From: an uncultured Clostridia bacterium
GTDB taxonomy: Bacteria > Bacillota > Clostridia > Oscillospirales > CAG-382
Length of the DNA stretch: 64,000 nucleotides
Reading direction: 5' to 3'
Assembly (NCBI GenBank): GCA_944375955.1
Contig: CALWBE010000027.1
Span: 28,227 to 92,226, forward strand
This document shows, one piece after another, positions 18,036 through 28,596 of the stretch; positions within the stretch are counted from its first letter, which is position 1; the number at the start of each line of letters is the position of its first letter. The position numbers were made by a program, and so were the translations under genes. The notes under the pieces are model-generated. The model was not told the DNA's origin. It searched no databases and saw nothing but the letters and a program-made list of their open reading frames with translations.

Positions 18036-19853
18036 ATGCCATTTGACGCAGGACTTGTTGCGGCGGTGACCGCAGAACTGAAACAAAGGCTTGCCGGAGC
18101 GAAGATTGAAAAGATACAGCAGCCTGAAAAAGATGAGATAATACTTTCATTAAAAAACGGAAGGGAAACAGGGAAACTTCTTATAAGTGCAAAATCGGGT
18201 TCGGCAAGGATAGGTCTTACAGAGCTTGAGAAAGAGAATCCGCAGTCTCCTCCCATGTTCTGTATGCTGCTAAGAAAGCACCTTTCTGGAGGTATCATAG
18301 CAGATATAACACAACTCGGATTTGAACGCGCGGTTGAGATAAAAATATCGACATATAATGAGCTGGGTTTTCCTACGGAAAAATATCTGATATTTGAAAC
18401 TACCGGACGTTACAGCAATATAATTTTCTGCGGAAGCGAGAAGCAGGTCATATCAGCACTGAGACTGTCCGAGCTTTCATCGGATGAAAAAAGAAAGCTG
18501 ATGTGCGGCTTTAAGTATGAGCCTCTGCCGGTACCGGATAACCGTATAAGTCCGCTGGATGTTACAAAAGAGCTTTTTTTAAAAAGACTTATGGATTTTG
18601 CAGATTCAGCCGGAACGGAATACCCATGTGAAAAATATCTCATATCGTCTTATGCGGGAATATCGCCGCTTATAGCACGGGAAACGGTATACCGCACATT
18701 CAGGGGCAAATCCTCAATGCTTTCGTCCATAGTATCCGACGTCGGACTTGCAGATAACTTGTATCTTAATTTTTCTTCGATATATTCTCCGGTCAGCAGC
18801 GGGAATTTTACGCCTTATCTTATAAAAAACAGAAACGGGGAATCGGTTGAATTCTCATTTTGTGAGATTTTTCAGTATGAGACATCTGCAGTTTGCGTAA
18901 AGTTAGAAAGCTTTTCGGAACTGCTTGACAGTTATTATGGTGAACGTGATCTGCGGGACAGGATAAAACAGAAATCGCAGGACATATTTAAGCTTTTGTC
19001 AAATGCCGAATCCAGAATAAGCAGAAAAGCGGAATTGCAGCGCGCTGATATAGAGGCATGCAAGGAGAAAGAAAAATATAAAAAATACGGCGATCTTATA
19101 ACTGCAAATATGTATATGCTGAAGAAAGGTATGAAAAACGTATCTTTAACCGATTACTCGGAAGAAAGCATGCCGAAAGTGGAAATAGAACTTGAGACTA
19201 ATCTTACCCCATCTCAGAACGCGCAGAAATATTATAAAAAATACAATAAAATGAAGTCAGCCGAAGCAAATCTTGCGGTTCAGCTTGAGCAGTCAGCTTC
19301 GGAACTTTCATATATAGATACGATATTTGAAAGCCTGACAAAAGCGCAGAACGAAAAAGATCTTGAAGAGATAAGGGACGAGCTGCGTACAGGTGGATAC
19401 GGCAAGAAGCTTGAGTCGCTTTCAAAATCAAAAAACAACGCTAAGAAGGCTGCGCGCAAAAAGATGAAAAACGAATATAATCCAATGGTATTTAAAACAA
19501 GCGGGGGATATAGAGTGCTTTGCGGCAAAAATAATCTTCAGAACGATTATATAACTACAGTTGCTGCCGGCAAAAGCGACTATTGGTTTCATGTTAAGAA
19601 TATGCCCGGCTCGCATGTTGTCATGTTTTGTGGAGATGACGAGCCTGACGCGAGAGATTTTACCGAATGTGCAATGATCGCGGCATATTATTCAAGCGGA
19701 AAAAAGATTCCTGGAGTTGCGGTCGACTATACAAAGGTGAAAAACATAAAAAAACCGTCGGGAGCAAAACCCGGATTTGTAATATATGATACCAACTATT
19801 CGGCATATGTAACAGCTGACGAACAGACCGTTTTATCTTTAAGGCAAAACTGA
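18036..19853 (+). CDS. rqcH: Rqc2-homologue RqcH (NFACT / fibronectin-binding protein A family)
   Basis: 605 aa. NFACT-N start MPFDAGLVAAVTAELKQRLAGAKIEKIQQPEKDEI, a central coiled coil, and the C-terminal NFACT-R block (WFHVKNMPGSHVV). Confidence 0.9.
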   Translation: MPFDAGLVAAVTAELKQRLAGAKIEKIQQPEKDEIILSLKNGRETGKLLISAKSGSARIGLTELEKENPQSPPMFCMLLRKHLSGGIIADITQLGFERAVEIKISTYNELGFPTEKYLIFETTGRYSNIIFCGSEKQVISALRLSELSSDEKRKLMCGFKYEPLPVPDNRISPLDVTKELFLKRLMDFADSAGTEYPCEKYLISSYAGISPLIARETVYRTFRGKSSMLSSIVSDVGLADNLYLNFSSIYSPVSSGNFTPYLIKNRNGESVEFSFCEIFQYETSAVCVKLESFSELLDSYYGERDLRDRIKQKSQDIFKLLSNAESRISRKAELQRADIEACKEKEKYKKYGDLITANMYMLKKGMKNVSLTDYSEESMPKVEIELETNLTPSQNAQKYYKKYNKMKSAEANLAVQLEQSASELSYIDTIFESLTKAQNEKDLEEIRDELRTGGYGKKLESLSKSKNNAKKAARKKMKNEYNPMVFKTSGGYRVLCGKNNLQNDYITTVAAGKSDYWFHVKNMPGSHVVMFCGDDEPDARDFTECAMIAAYYSSGKKIPGVAVDYTKVKNIKKPSGAKPGFVIYDTNYSAYVTADEQTVLSLRQN

Positions 19854-19876
19854 CTCCTAAAGCAGATAAGTATATG

Positions 19877-19911
19877 CGGCGGCAGATGATTTGCATTTTA
19901 GTCTGCCGCCG
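19877..19911. terminator. GC-rich hairpin between convergent genes (probable bidirectional terminator)
   Basis: CGGCGGCAGA / TCTGCCGCCG, a 10-bp perfect stem. The flanking U-tracts are weak. Confidence 0.55.
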
Positions 19912-19935
19912 TTAAAAACTTTACGGAAATTCAGT

Positions 19936-21210
19936 CTATATCCGTGAACTTATATATTCTTTTATATTGCAGTATATCTGTGCGGCCTGAGCTCTTGTAA
20001 CATCAGCATTCGCGTCCGATACAGTGTCTCCGCTGCCTGTTCCTACAAGTATGCCGCATGATGCAAGTGACGGCGAACTTGCCGGAGATACTGCCTGAAC
20101 CGCGCCTGACGCAGAGTTTGCAGGCAATGCTAACAGTCTCGAGAGAATAGCAGCTGCCTCAGATCTTGATATAACGTCGGTGCTTTTAAAGCTGACTCCG
20201 CCGTTTCCGTCCGGATATCCGTTTATTATACCCATTTCAAGAGCTGTCTGAGCATAGCTTTTTATATTTATCGGGATTTGCGAGTCATCTGAAAAAGATG
20301 TGAAATTAACTCTGTTAACGCTGTCCTCAAGACCTGCGGCTATCATTGATATTGCCAGGAAGTCGCCTCTTGTAACGGTTTTGTCAGGGTTGAATACCAG
20401 TTTTCCGTTTCGTATTTCACCGCCGAATACTCCGTCAGAAACCGCTTTTATCGCACTGTTGTGTGCCCAGTGATTTGTCATATCGGAAAAAGTTACGTTG
20501 CTTTCCGGTTCTGTTATATGAACTGTTATTTTATAAGTGTCGGTTTTGTTTCCGTACGTGTCGCAGACACGGAAACTGAAAATATCACGTCCGGTAAAAT
20601 CAGTTTTTGGGGTGTACATGAAAAAGCCGGTATTTTTATCAAGCAGCTGTACTGTTCCGTGCTTTGCAGAGGATACGATAGAAAACGTCATTTCGTCTCC
20701 GTCAGGGTCGGAAGCTTTAAAAAAGCCTTTATATGAAATGTTTTTCTGCGTTTCAAATGAATTTTCACCTATAACCGGTGCCAAATTAAGCTTTTCGAGT
20801 ACAAACACAGTGCATACACCGTATTTGTTACTGTCTCCGGCGGCGTCGCAAAAGGTGAATGAGCTTTCACCTGTTCTTCCGGATACCGGTTCAAAACGCA
20901 TTTCATCTATACTTCTTCTTGTGACTGTTTGTCCTGCTGTTACTTCTCTTCCTGCTATGATAAGCCTTCCTACACTTTTTTCAGGCAGCGTCATAATAGT
21001 AACATAGTCCGCTTTGCCTATTACTGAGTCAAAATCTCCGGAAGAAAAATCTATCGGACTGTTTATCACCCCGCATTTTTTAACTTCGGTTTTGGATTTT
21101 ATAATTTCAAGCGCCGGTGAAAGGTCATATGCTGCCGATACCGATAAAACCGTCAGCTGCATTACAGCTATAAATGCTGCGATAAATGATATAAATTTGA
21201 TCTTCTTCAT
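19936..21210 (-). CDS. Secreted cell-surface protein with Ig/cadherin-like domain and C-terminal SLH repeats
   Basis: 424 aa. Signal peptide (MKKIKFISFIAAFIAVMQLTVLSVSAA), an Ig-like block (DPDGDEMTFSIVSSAKHGTVQLLDKNTGFFMYTP), and SLH-like repeats (FSDMTNHWAHNSAIKAV...VTRGDFLA). Confidence 0.8.
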   Translation of the reverse strand: MKKIKFISFIAAFIAVMQLTVLSVSAAYDLSPALEIIKSKTEVKKCGVINSPIDFSSGDFDSVIGKADYVTIMTLPEKSVGRLIIAGREVTAGQTVTRRSIDEMRFEPVSGRTGESSFTFCDAAGDSNKYGVCTVFVLEKLNLAPVIGENSFETQKNISYKGFFKASDPDGDEMTFSIVSSAKHGTVQLLDKNTGFFMYTPKTDFTGRDIFSFRVCDTYGNKTDTYKITVHITEPESNVTFSDMTNHWAHNSAIKAVSDGVFGGEIRNGKLVFNPDKTVTRGDFLAISMIAAGLEDSVNRVNFTSFSDDSQIPINIKSYAQTALEMGIINGYPDGNGGVSFKSTDVISRSEAAAILSRLLALPANSASGAVQAVSPASSPSLASCGILVGTGSGDTVSDANADVTRAQAAQIYCNIKEYISSRI

Positions 21211-21334
21211 AATGCAATGATCATCCCTTTCATATTAAGTTTAAAAAAATGGTTACGGTACTATTTTTTCCATATAAACGTTTTTTATGCTAAGATGTGA
21301 TATTAAAAATTATTTTGTCAGGAGAATATCTGCT

Positions 21335-23071
21335 TTGAAAATAGTGTTAGTTGCTCAAAACTCCTCATATACCCATACAAATGCCGCGGTGCGTATATTT
21401 GCACGATTGCTTTCGCCTAAACATGAAGTAAAGATAATTGAGACTACGGTTAATGACCGCGGCGGAGCCGAAGCGGTCAGCGAAAAGCTGTATCGTGAAA
21501 AGGCAGATATGTATGCTTTTTCGGTTTATATATGGAACCGAACCGAACAGCTTTTATCTGCCAGAATAATAAAGCAGTTGCTTCCTGACTGCATTGTGGC
21601 AATAGGAGGACCTGAAGTATCGTATGAAAAAGAGGATTTTATCAGTAGAAATCCGTATGTGGATTATCTTATAAGAGGAGAGGGCGAACAGGCAATATGT
21701 GATATTGCCGACGGCAAGTATAAACGAGGAAGCATAATAGACGGAGGTATTTTCAACGGCTTTTCAGTGTCTTCTGAACCATATTATTCTGAGACAAATT
21801 CAATCGGCGGCAGTCTTGGAGAGAATGAGAACTATGACGGTAAGCTAATATATTATGAATCCTCAAGAGGATGTCCGTATAATTGTTCGTACTGCCTTTC
21901 TTCAGCAAAAAGACCGGGAGAGCATGTCAGGGCGAAAACGGCGGAATTTGCAGCTGAAGAAATAAAAATTTTGATGTCTCATAATGTAAAAGCAATAAAA
22001 TTTGTCGATAGGACTTTTAACTTTGATATAGCGCGCGCAAAGTACATTTTCATAAAAATTATGGAATTTGCGAAAGAAAATACTGAAAAAGGAAAGTATT
22101 CGGGACCTACATGTCATTTTGAAATTTGCGCAGCACTTATTGACGATGAGACGATAGATATATTATCAGACGCTCCGGAAGGTCTTTTCAGATTTGAAAT
22201 AGGTGTGCAGACAGCAACGTCGGAAACGCTTGAGGCAATAGGAAGAAGAAATGACACAGAAAAAATAATTACGGCAGTGAAAAAGCTGAGAGAACGTACT
22301 CGTGTTACTGTTCATCTTGATCTTATATGCGGTCTTCCTCTGGATACGGTTGAAGGAATAAAAAAGTCGTTTAATCTGATCTATGGGCTGTGCGACTGCC
22401 TTCAAATGGGATTTCTTAAGCTTTTACCCGGAACTCGCCTTAGGGAGGAGGCTGGGAAATACGGTATGATATATCTTGATATGCCTCCGTATACGGTGCT
22501 TTGTAACTCCACTGTCAGCTTCGATGAAATGCGAATGCTGTCACGTATAGCAGACGCGGCTGAGAAATTTTCCGAAAAGGACAGCGGCTTTTTTTCATCG
22601 GTAGAATATCTTATAGGAAAAGCCCGGTCTGCTTTTGACTTTTATGACGAATTAAGTAGTTTTCTCTCTAAAAACGGTGCGGTATCGTCAAGAAAAATGT
22701 ATGAAGAAATATTTTTATTTGCAGAAAAACAAGGATATTTAAAAGATGGGAGTTCAGATATTTTACGTGAGAAACTGAGATATGATTTTCTTTTGTCAAA
22801 TCAGGGAACTCCGCCTGCAGCAATAGACAGAAAATACAGTGACGATGAAAAAGAGTATATTTTTTCTGTTCGCCGGGCGGTGATTCATGAAAAACCTAAA
22901 GAAGATATCAAATTGTTTGTTCCCGCTCTTGAAGCTCATTTGTTTTTGTTTGATGAAGATTCAGTATATCTTATTGACAGAAAAAATCATTGTTTTGAGG
23001 TTAGGAAAAAAGCAGAGTTGTGCAATATGTACAACATTGAGCCTTGTAATTGTGCAAAAGACAAATTCTAA
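21335..23071 (+). CDS. B12-binding-domain radical SAM protein with DUF4080-type C-terminus
   Basis: Start moved to TTG 21335 (GGAG 10 nt upstream; LKIVLVAQNSSYTHTN is a typical N-terminus). Radical SAM triad: SSRGCPYNCSYC. Confidence 0.82.
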   Translation: MKIVLVAQNSSYTHTNAAVRIFARLLSPKHEVKIIETTVNDRGGAEAVSEKLYREKADMYAFSVYIWNRTEQLLSARIIKQLLPDCIVAIGGPEVSYEKEDFISRNPYVDYLIRGEGEQAICDIADGKYKRGSIIDGGIFNGFSVSSEPYYSETNSIGGSLGENENYDGKLIYYESSRGCPYNCSYCLSSAKRPGEHVRAKTAEFAAEEIKILMSHNVKAIKFVDRTFNFDIARAKYIFIKIMEFAKENTEKGKYSGPTCHFEICAALIDDETIDILSDAPEGLFRFEIGVQTATSETLEAIGRRNDTEKIITAVKKLRERTRVTVHLDLICGLPLDTVEGIKKSFNLIYGLCDCLQMGFLKLLPGTRLREEAGKYGMIYLDMPPYTVLCNSTVSFDEMRMLSRIADAAEKFSEKDSGFFSSVEYLIGKARSAFDFYDELSSFLSKNGAVSSRKMYEEIFLFAEKQGYLKDGSSDILREKLRYDFLLSNQGTPPAAIDRKYSDDEKEYIFSVRRAVIHEKPKEDIKLFVPALEAHLFLFDEDSVYLIDRKNHCFEVRKKAELCNMYNIEPCNCAKDKF

Positions 23072-23090
23072 AAAATATGGATTATTTTGC

Positions 23091-23119
23091 TTGCAGATTT
23101 TTAAAAAGAATGATATAAT
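23091..23119 (+). promoter_or_regulatory. Sigma-A promoter upstream of the solute-binding protein gene
   Basis: TTGCAG (23091-23096), 17-nt spacer, TATAAT (23114-23119). This gives a roughly 145-nt leader. Confidence 0.55.
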
Positions 23120-23272
23120 ATATCCATAATGCTTTATTGTGTCATTGTGTGCCAAATTGCGCTCTGACGCTGAAAGCACGCAGGGAAAGAAGTCTTCTTT
23201 CCGGCCCCCGGTACTGCATGATTATTTTACGGTATTCGGTAAGCAACCATCCACATACAGGGAGGAATATAA

Positions 23273-25201
23273 ATGAAAACAAAAACAATCAAGTCTTGTG
23301 TTGCTCTTTTAATGGCTTTTTTGATGACGGCTGCTGTATTGAGCGGCTGCAGCAGAAAAAAATATGACGAGAACGGCAATGAGATAATTGACAAGGGTGC
23401 GGAGATCAATATGTATATTGCTGATTTCCCGTACGATCTTGATCCCGGAAGAATACAGTTTGACGCCGATCTCGGCAAATATTACAGTCTTATATACGAG
23501 GGACTTTTTAAAATAGGAGAAAACGGCAAGCTTGAAGCAGGTCTTGCCAAGGAATGGGAATACGAAGAAGATGAAAGAGACGGAAAGCTCAAGCTTCAAA
23601 TCACACTTGCGTCAACAAGCTGGTCAGACGGAGTGTCGCTTGATTCAGACGATGTAGTTTATTCTTTTAAGCGTATACTTTCACCAGGCAATAGCAATCC
23701 CGCTGCGGCTTTGCTTTATCCTATAGAAAATGCTAAAGATGCAAAATCAGGTCTTGTAACGATCGATGATGTAGGTTTTTCAGCTATAAACAGCAACACT
23801 ATTGAAATAGTTTTTGAAGAAGAGTTTACAGATGTTGAATATTTTCTTCGTACCCTTGCAAACCCAGTGTTTACACCTTTGCGCGAGGATATTATAACTA
23901 ATTACGGAGAAGACTGGGCACAGCCTATGTATCTTAAAGAACCGAGAGACGGCGCTGAAAACGTATTTAATACAATAGTTACGAATGGACCGTTTACGGT
24001 TAAAGAGTGGACACGCGATTCGATCCTTCTTGAGCGTTCAACGTATTATAAAAATCTCAGCACAACTGATAAATATACGAAATATGTAACACCATACAGA
24101 ATAATGATAAATTTCAGCAATGATGCAGACACTCAGCTTGCTAATTTTGAGCTTGACGAAGAAATGGAAAGAGTATTCCTTATAGGTTCTTTCTCAAAAG
24201 ACGGATATGCCGCAAATGAAAAGGATCTTAAGAGTTTCGCAAATGCAAGCGCATATACATATTATTTCAATACAGAGAATAAGGTACTTTCAGACGAAAG
24301 AGTCAGAAAAGCTTTGTCTATTGCGCTTGACAGAAATGAGATTGCCTCTATAGTCGGCAGGGGAGTTGTTCCGGCAACCGGATATGTGCCGGCGGGCGTT
24401 GAATGTGATTCTAAAGGCAAAAAAGATTACCGCGAAGAAACGGGAGATGTAATATCTGCTTCCGCAAACCTTGATGAGGCAAAGAATCTTCTCAAGGAGG
24501 CAGGGGTAAACAGCGGAAAATTGACAATAACGATACGCGGGGATCTCGATTGGGAAGCAGAAGTTGCTGATTATGCAGCGGAAGTTTGGAAGGGTCTCGG
24601 ATTCAATGTCAGTATAAGCAAGGTAAATGCATATTCAAGTGCAAAGAGTGAGATTTCTGCATATGAAGAAAAGCTTGCCACCGGAGATTTTGATATAATA
24701 GGCCTTGATTACTGCGCACTTTCTACCGACGCGTATTCATTCCTTGTTCCGTATGCGAGGGAATACAGCGGAAGCGTTGTGCTTGTTGATGACGACGCCG
24801 AACCGTCAACACCTCATGTTACGGGATTTGACGACCAGGAATACAACGAGCTTATTAACGGAACTATTGAAAGAGATGAAGACGGCGAGATTATTTCTGC
24901 GACAGGAATATTAGGAGCGAAAAACGCTTCAGCAAGATATGAAATTTATAAGCAGGCAGAAGCAATGCTTACAGAAAAGGTTCCGTCTGCACCGTTATTC
25001 TTTGGAACAAACAGCTATCTTGTGTCAAATAAGCTTTCAGGAGTAAAATATAATTTCTACGGAGCTCCTATACTTACAAAGACCAGCCTTAAAGGCTATG
25101 AAAAGTATAAGATGTCCGAGCTTACCGACGAGGCTGAATCTACCGAAAATAACTCTACAGATCTTTCCGATGAAGGTGACTCGACAGATAGTGGTAATTA
25201 A
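23273..25201 (+). CDS. ABC transporter substrate-binding lipoprotein, family 5 (peptide/oligosaccharide type), orphan
   Basis: 642 aa. Lipobox LSGCS. The SBP_bac_5-like body has (Y/F)xLxLxxGxKWSDG-type blocks (LQITLASTSWSDGVSLDSDDVVYSF). An acidic C-terminal tail is present. There are no adjacent permease or ATPase genes. Confidence 0.8.
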   Translation: MKTKTIKSCVALLMAFLMTAAVLSGCSRKKYDENGNEIIDKGAEINMYIADFPYDLDPGRIQFDADLGKYYSLIYEGLFKIGENGKLEAGLAKEWEYEEDERDGKLKLQITLASTSWSDGVSLDSDDVVYSFKRILSPGNSNPAAALLYPIENAKDAKSGLVTIDDVGFSAINSNTIEIVFEEEFTDVEYFLRTLANPVFTPLREDIITNYGEDWAQPMYLKEPRDGAENVFNTIVTNGPFTVKEWTRDSILLERSTYYKNLSTTDKYTKYVTPYRIMINFSNDADTQLANFELDEEMERVFLIGSFSKDGYAANEKDLKSFANASAYTYYFNTENKVLSDERVRKALSIALDRNEIASIVGRGVVPATGYVPAGVECDSKGKKDYREETGDVISASANLDEAKNLLKEAGVNSGKLTITIRGDLDWEAEVADYAAEVWKGLGFNVSISKVNAYSSAKSEISAYEEKLATGDFDIIGLDYCALSTDAYSFLVPYAREYSGSVVLVDDDAEPSTPHVTGFDDQEYNELINGTIERDEDGEIISATGILGAKNASARYEIYKQAEAMLTEKVPSAPLFFGTNSYLVSNKLSGVKYNFYGAPILTKTSLKGYEKYKMSELTDEAESTENNSTDLSDEGDSTDSGN

Positions 25202-25248
25202 TTAAGAAATAGAATACAAATAAAGCATCATAACTATTATTAAGTCAT

Positions 25249-25277
25249 GCCCCAAACCGTATTTTACGGTTTGGGGC
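25249..25277 (+). terminator. Hairpin after the SBP gene (probable terminator)
   Basis: GCCCCAAACCG / CGGTTTGGGGC, an 11-bp perfect stem with a 7-nt loop. There is no clear U-tract. Confidence 0.5.
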
Positions 25278-25358
25278 AGATTGATAGAATACAGCAGGTT
25301 TTTGTTTGAAATAAACCTAATTTTATAAATTTAGAAAGATTTTTTGGAGAGAGATGAA

Positions 25359-26198
25359 ATGAAAGAAAATATGTCTGAAGATAGTAACTACAGAAGATAT
25401 GTTGATCATGACATACACACTCACACACACCTATCATTGTGTTGTCATGAGGCTGGAATAGCTGATACTTATATAAAAGATGCAGAAAAGCGAGGCCTTA
25501 GGATTCTCGGATTTTCAGATCATATGTGGGACAATAAAATAAACTATCCGCTCACCGATTTTTATAAGGCACAGGATTACGAGCATATTATTCAGATAAA
25601 GTCGGAAATAAGCGAAAAAACAGATAAATTAAAAATACTTATCGGCGCAGAAACTGAATTTTGTATGGCTGACACACTCGGTATTTCCGAATCATGCGCC
25701 GAGAAACTTGATTTTGTTCTTGTACCGCATTCACACACTCATATGCTCGATTTTGTAATGCCAAAAGAGTATGACAATAATATAGAAAAACATTCCGATT
25801 ATCTTGTAAAAAGCTTTATGGCTCTTTGCAGACACCCGATGAGAAGGTATATTACGGCTATTGCACATCCTTTTGTTCCGATCTGTAAAAAATCTGATTA
25901 CTGCGAGAGAATATATGAGGCAATATCTGATAATACATTTACAGAATGTTTTGACGCGGCACGTGATGCCAATATAGGTATAGAAATAAATACTTCATGG
26001 TGCAGGAAGCTGACGCATGATCAGATAGCCGCAAGCGGATATATGAGAGTACTAAAGCTTGCGGCCAAAAGCGGCTGCAAATTTTCACTCGGCTCAGACG
26101 CACATGGCTTGTCTGAGTTGGGCACAATAGAAAAAGCTGCCGATATAATGCAGATTATCGGTATTACAGACCGCGATTTCATATCGCTTGTAAAATAA
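25359..26198 (+). CDS. PHP domain (histidinol-phosphatase-like) metal-dependent phosphoesterase
   Basis: DHDIHTHTHLS N-terminal PHP motif, with later FSDH and GSDAH motifs. Start set to ATG 25359 (GGAGAGAG RBS). Confidence 0.75.
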   Translation: MKENMSEDSNYRRYVDHDIHTHTHLSLCCHEAGIADTYIKDAEKRGLRILGFSDHMWDNKINYPLTDFYKAQDYEHIIQIKSEISEKTDKLKILIGAETEFCMADTLGISESCAEKLDFVLVPHSHTHMLDFVMPKEYDNNIEKHSDYLVKSFMALCRHPMRRYITAIAHPFVPICKKSDYCERIYEAISDNTFTECFDAARDANIGIEINTSWCRKLTHDQIAASGYMRVLKLAAKSGCKFSLGSDAHGLSELGTIEKAADIMQIIGITDRDFISLVK

Positions 26199-26206
26199 GG
26201 TAGAGT

Positions 26207-27085
26207 ATGTCGGATAACTTTTTGCTTGAAAAATACAATTTTAAAATGCAGAAAAAATACGGGCAGAATTTTTTGACTTCTGCTCAGATACCTTCACGTA
26301 TTGCAGCTAACTGTACAGATTTTGACTTTTCATCAGGGAATTGTGCTGAAAGTCTTATACTTGAAATAGGTCCCGGCGCAGGAATTTTGACAAAAGAACT
26401 TGCAAAACGTTTTTATTATGTACTTGCAGTTGAAATTGATGAGGAATTGATCCCGATACTTTCAGAATCACTTTCAGAATTTAAAAATATAACTGTAGTT
26501 AATTGTGATATTATGAAGGAAGAACTTGCTTCTCTGCTGGATAAATATCGCAGAAAAGAAAACGGCGAAGTGCTGCCAGTTTCTGTTTGTGCAAATTTAC
26601 CTTATTATATTACGACTCCAGTGCTTATGAAGCTTTTGGAGGAGTATGGCTCATTTTCATTTATAACAGTAATGGTACAGAAAGAAGTTGCGCGCAGATT
26701 ATGCTCGAAACCCGGAGAATCCGATTACGGAGCAATTACAGCAGCTATAGGGTTGTACGGAAAAGCAGAAAAACTGTTTGATGTATCTGCAGGAAATTTT
26801 AACCCAAAACCAAAAGTAGATTCAAGTGTGGTAAAAATTTCTATTTATGATCCTCCAAGATATACAAGTGAACAGATAAAAAAGACGTCAAAGGTTATCA
26901 AGGCGGCATTCTCCATGAGGAGAAAAACTCTTGTAAATGCGCTTTTGGGAGTTTCATCAGGACAGTATAGCAGCAAAGAAACGCTTTCTGAATTGATAGA
27001 GAAAAAGTTCGGAAATAAAAATATACGCGGAGAAGAATTGTCAGTGGAGCAGTTTGCACTGCTTGCCGATATAATACTGCAGTAA
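26207..27085 (+). CDS. rsmA: 16S rRNA (adenine1518/1519-N6)-dimethyltransferase RsmA/KsgA
   Basis: 292 aa. KKYGQNFL, the SAM motif LEIGPGAGILT, and NLPYYITTP. Confidence 0.93.
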   Translation: MSDNFLLEKYNFKMQKKYGQNFLTSAQIPSRIAANCTDFDFSSGNCAESLILEIGPGAGILTKELAKRFYYVLAVEIDEELIPILSESLSEFKNITVVNCDIMKEELASLLDKYRRKENGEVLPVSVCANLPYYITTPVLMKLLEEYGSFSFITVMVQKEVARRLCSKPGESDYGAITAAIGLYGKAEKLFDVSAGNFNPKPKVDSSVVKISIYDPPRYTSEQIKKTSKVIKAAFSMRRKTLVNALLGVSSGQYSSKETLSELIEKKFGNKNIRGEELSVEQFALLADIILQ

Positions 27086-27273
27086 AAAATTCTAAGAACT
27101 GGGTAAAGCCATATATACTGTTCTTTGTTTGTTAACATCTTTATATTTCATTTTTAAGTTACTATTCAATAAATCAAATTGTAATCAGCATAATGAAGAA
27201 TTTTAACAATTTATATTTTTTGATTATGAAAAATGTGTTAAGATCGAAAAGAGAAATTTATGAGGTATAAATT

Positions 27274-27891
27274 ATGGCAATGATTATTATAAAAAGGAAG
27301 TCAAGATTTGTTGGTTTATTACAAAAACACGAAGTATATTTAGTAAATAAATTTGTAGGAGAACTAAAAAGTGGAGGAGTTTTAGAGATACCAGCTAATG
27401 TAGGTAGTTATTTATTATCCTTTAAAAGCAATATGAAAAAATTTGGGAAAAACACAACATTTAAAGTCATTGTTAACGAAGAAAATGAAATAGTTGAATT
27501 AATAACAAATTTTAATTATAAAGGCGAGTACGTTGTGAAATATGCAGACAATAGTCCTCATATTCCTACATTTAATGATAATTCTAACGCCATAAACCTA
27601 TCAGAAACATCGGCATATGATCAAACAGCAGATATATCAGTTGAAAATGTTACTCAAACTACTATTCAAAATAAATCTGGTATTTGCTGCCCTCGTTGCG
27701 GAAGTTACGATATCTTGCCTGTATCAGAAATATCAACAAAAGGAAAAGATTTTGACGCAGGCAATGCTTGTTGTGGATTTCTACTATTTGGTCCATTAGG
27801 TTTATTATGCGGAGCAACAGGAAAAGGAAAACAAACAACTACTTCTATATATTGGATGTGCAAGGGATGCGGAAACAAATTTCAAGCATAA
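27274..27891 (+). CDS. Hypothetical protein with C-terminal split zinc ribbon
   Basis: 205 aa. CPRCGS...CKGCGNKF flanks a Gly-rich hydrophobic segment (CCGFLLFGPLGLLCGATG). The gene is AT-rich. No family recognised. Confidence 0.55.
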   Translation: MAMIIIKRKSRFVGLLQKHEVYLVNKFVGELKSGGVLEIPANVGSYLLSFKSNMKKFGKNTTFKVIVNEENEIVELITNFNYKGEYVVKYADNSPHIPTFNDNSNAINLSETSAYDQTADISVENVTQTTIQNKSGICCPRCGSYDILPVSEISTKGKDFDAGNACCGFLLFGPLGLLCGATGKGKQTTTSIYWMCKGCGNKFQA

Positions 27892-27923
27892 TTGACAGTA
27901 AGACTAAATTATGGGTTAAAATT

Positions 27924-28241
27924 ATGTCATTAGCACGAAAATTATGGGGTTGTCATCAGATACCAGAACGAAGTTTTTTCCTACATGGATATCAATTCCC
28001 TTTGTGTGCCCGTTGTACTGGTGTTTTCGTTGGATATTTGTTTGCTATTCTTTTTTTGCTTTTAGGTTGTTTAATTCCGATTTTATTATCCATATCTTTT
28101 ATTTTCCCACTAATATTAGACGGAGGAATACAACTACTATTAAATATTATTTCTAACAACAAAAGAAGGTTTATTACAGGAATACTTTTTGGATTTGGAA
28201 TTATTCAGTTGATAGCGAATGTTTGTTTTCTAATATTTTAA
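27924..28241 (+). CDS. DUF2085 family membrane protein
   Basis: WGCHQIPERSFFLHGYQFPLCARCTGV is the DUF2085 signature. The start is set at ATG 27924 rather than the longer track ORF, which overlaps the previous gene. Confidence 0.75.
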   Translation: MSLARKLWGCHQIPERSFFLHGYQFPLCARCTGVFVGYLFAILFLLLGCLIPILLSISFIFPLILDGGIQLLLNIISNNKRRFITGILFGFGIIQLIANVCFLIF

Positions 28242-28550
28242 CTTAAAATTTATATTTGTTATATAAAATGGCTTTTTACATAAAAGTTTAGTCGTACAAT
28301 CGATTAGTAAACAGCAAATGTATTTTCCACTCTGCGCATGCTGTTTACGAATTATATTATATAGATTTTTGGCAATTAGTTGAAAAAATTTTTCTGCACA
28401 ACAAATTATGAAAGAATTAAATAAAGATGCGGTTTAAAATCTTTTAACGATATTATATTATGATTGTATTTTGATAATTTTTAACCGCGTAAAACAGGCA
28501 TTTTTTAATACTTATTGCATATTTATTTTCCATTTATATAGGCAAAAACA

Positions 28551-28596
28551 AAAAGCACAATCACAACTCGTTTTTGAGTAATGTTTGTGCTTTTTT
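28551..28596. terminator. Hairpin with flanking A/T runs in an AT-rich spacer (candidate pnp terminator)
   Basis: AAAAGCACAA / TTGTGCTTTT outer stem with an inner ACTC/GAGT stem. Confidence 0.45.

Noticed and set aside
27768-27923. Longer version of the DUF2085 ORF overlapping the zinc-ribbon gene
   Set aside because: DUF2085 similarity starts only at MSLARKLWGCHQ (27924). The upstream extension overlaps the preceding gene out of frame.
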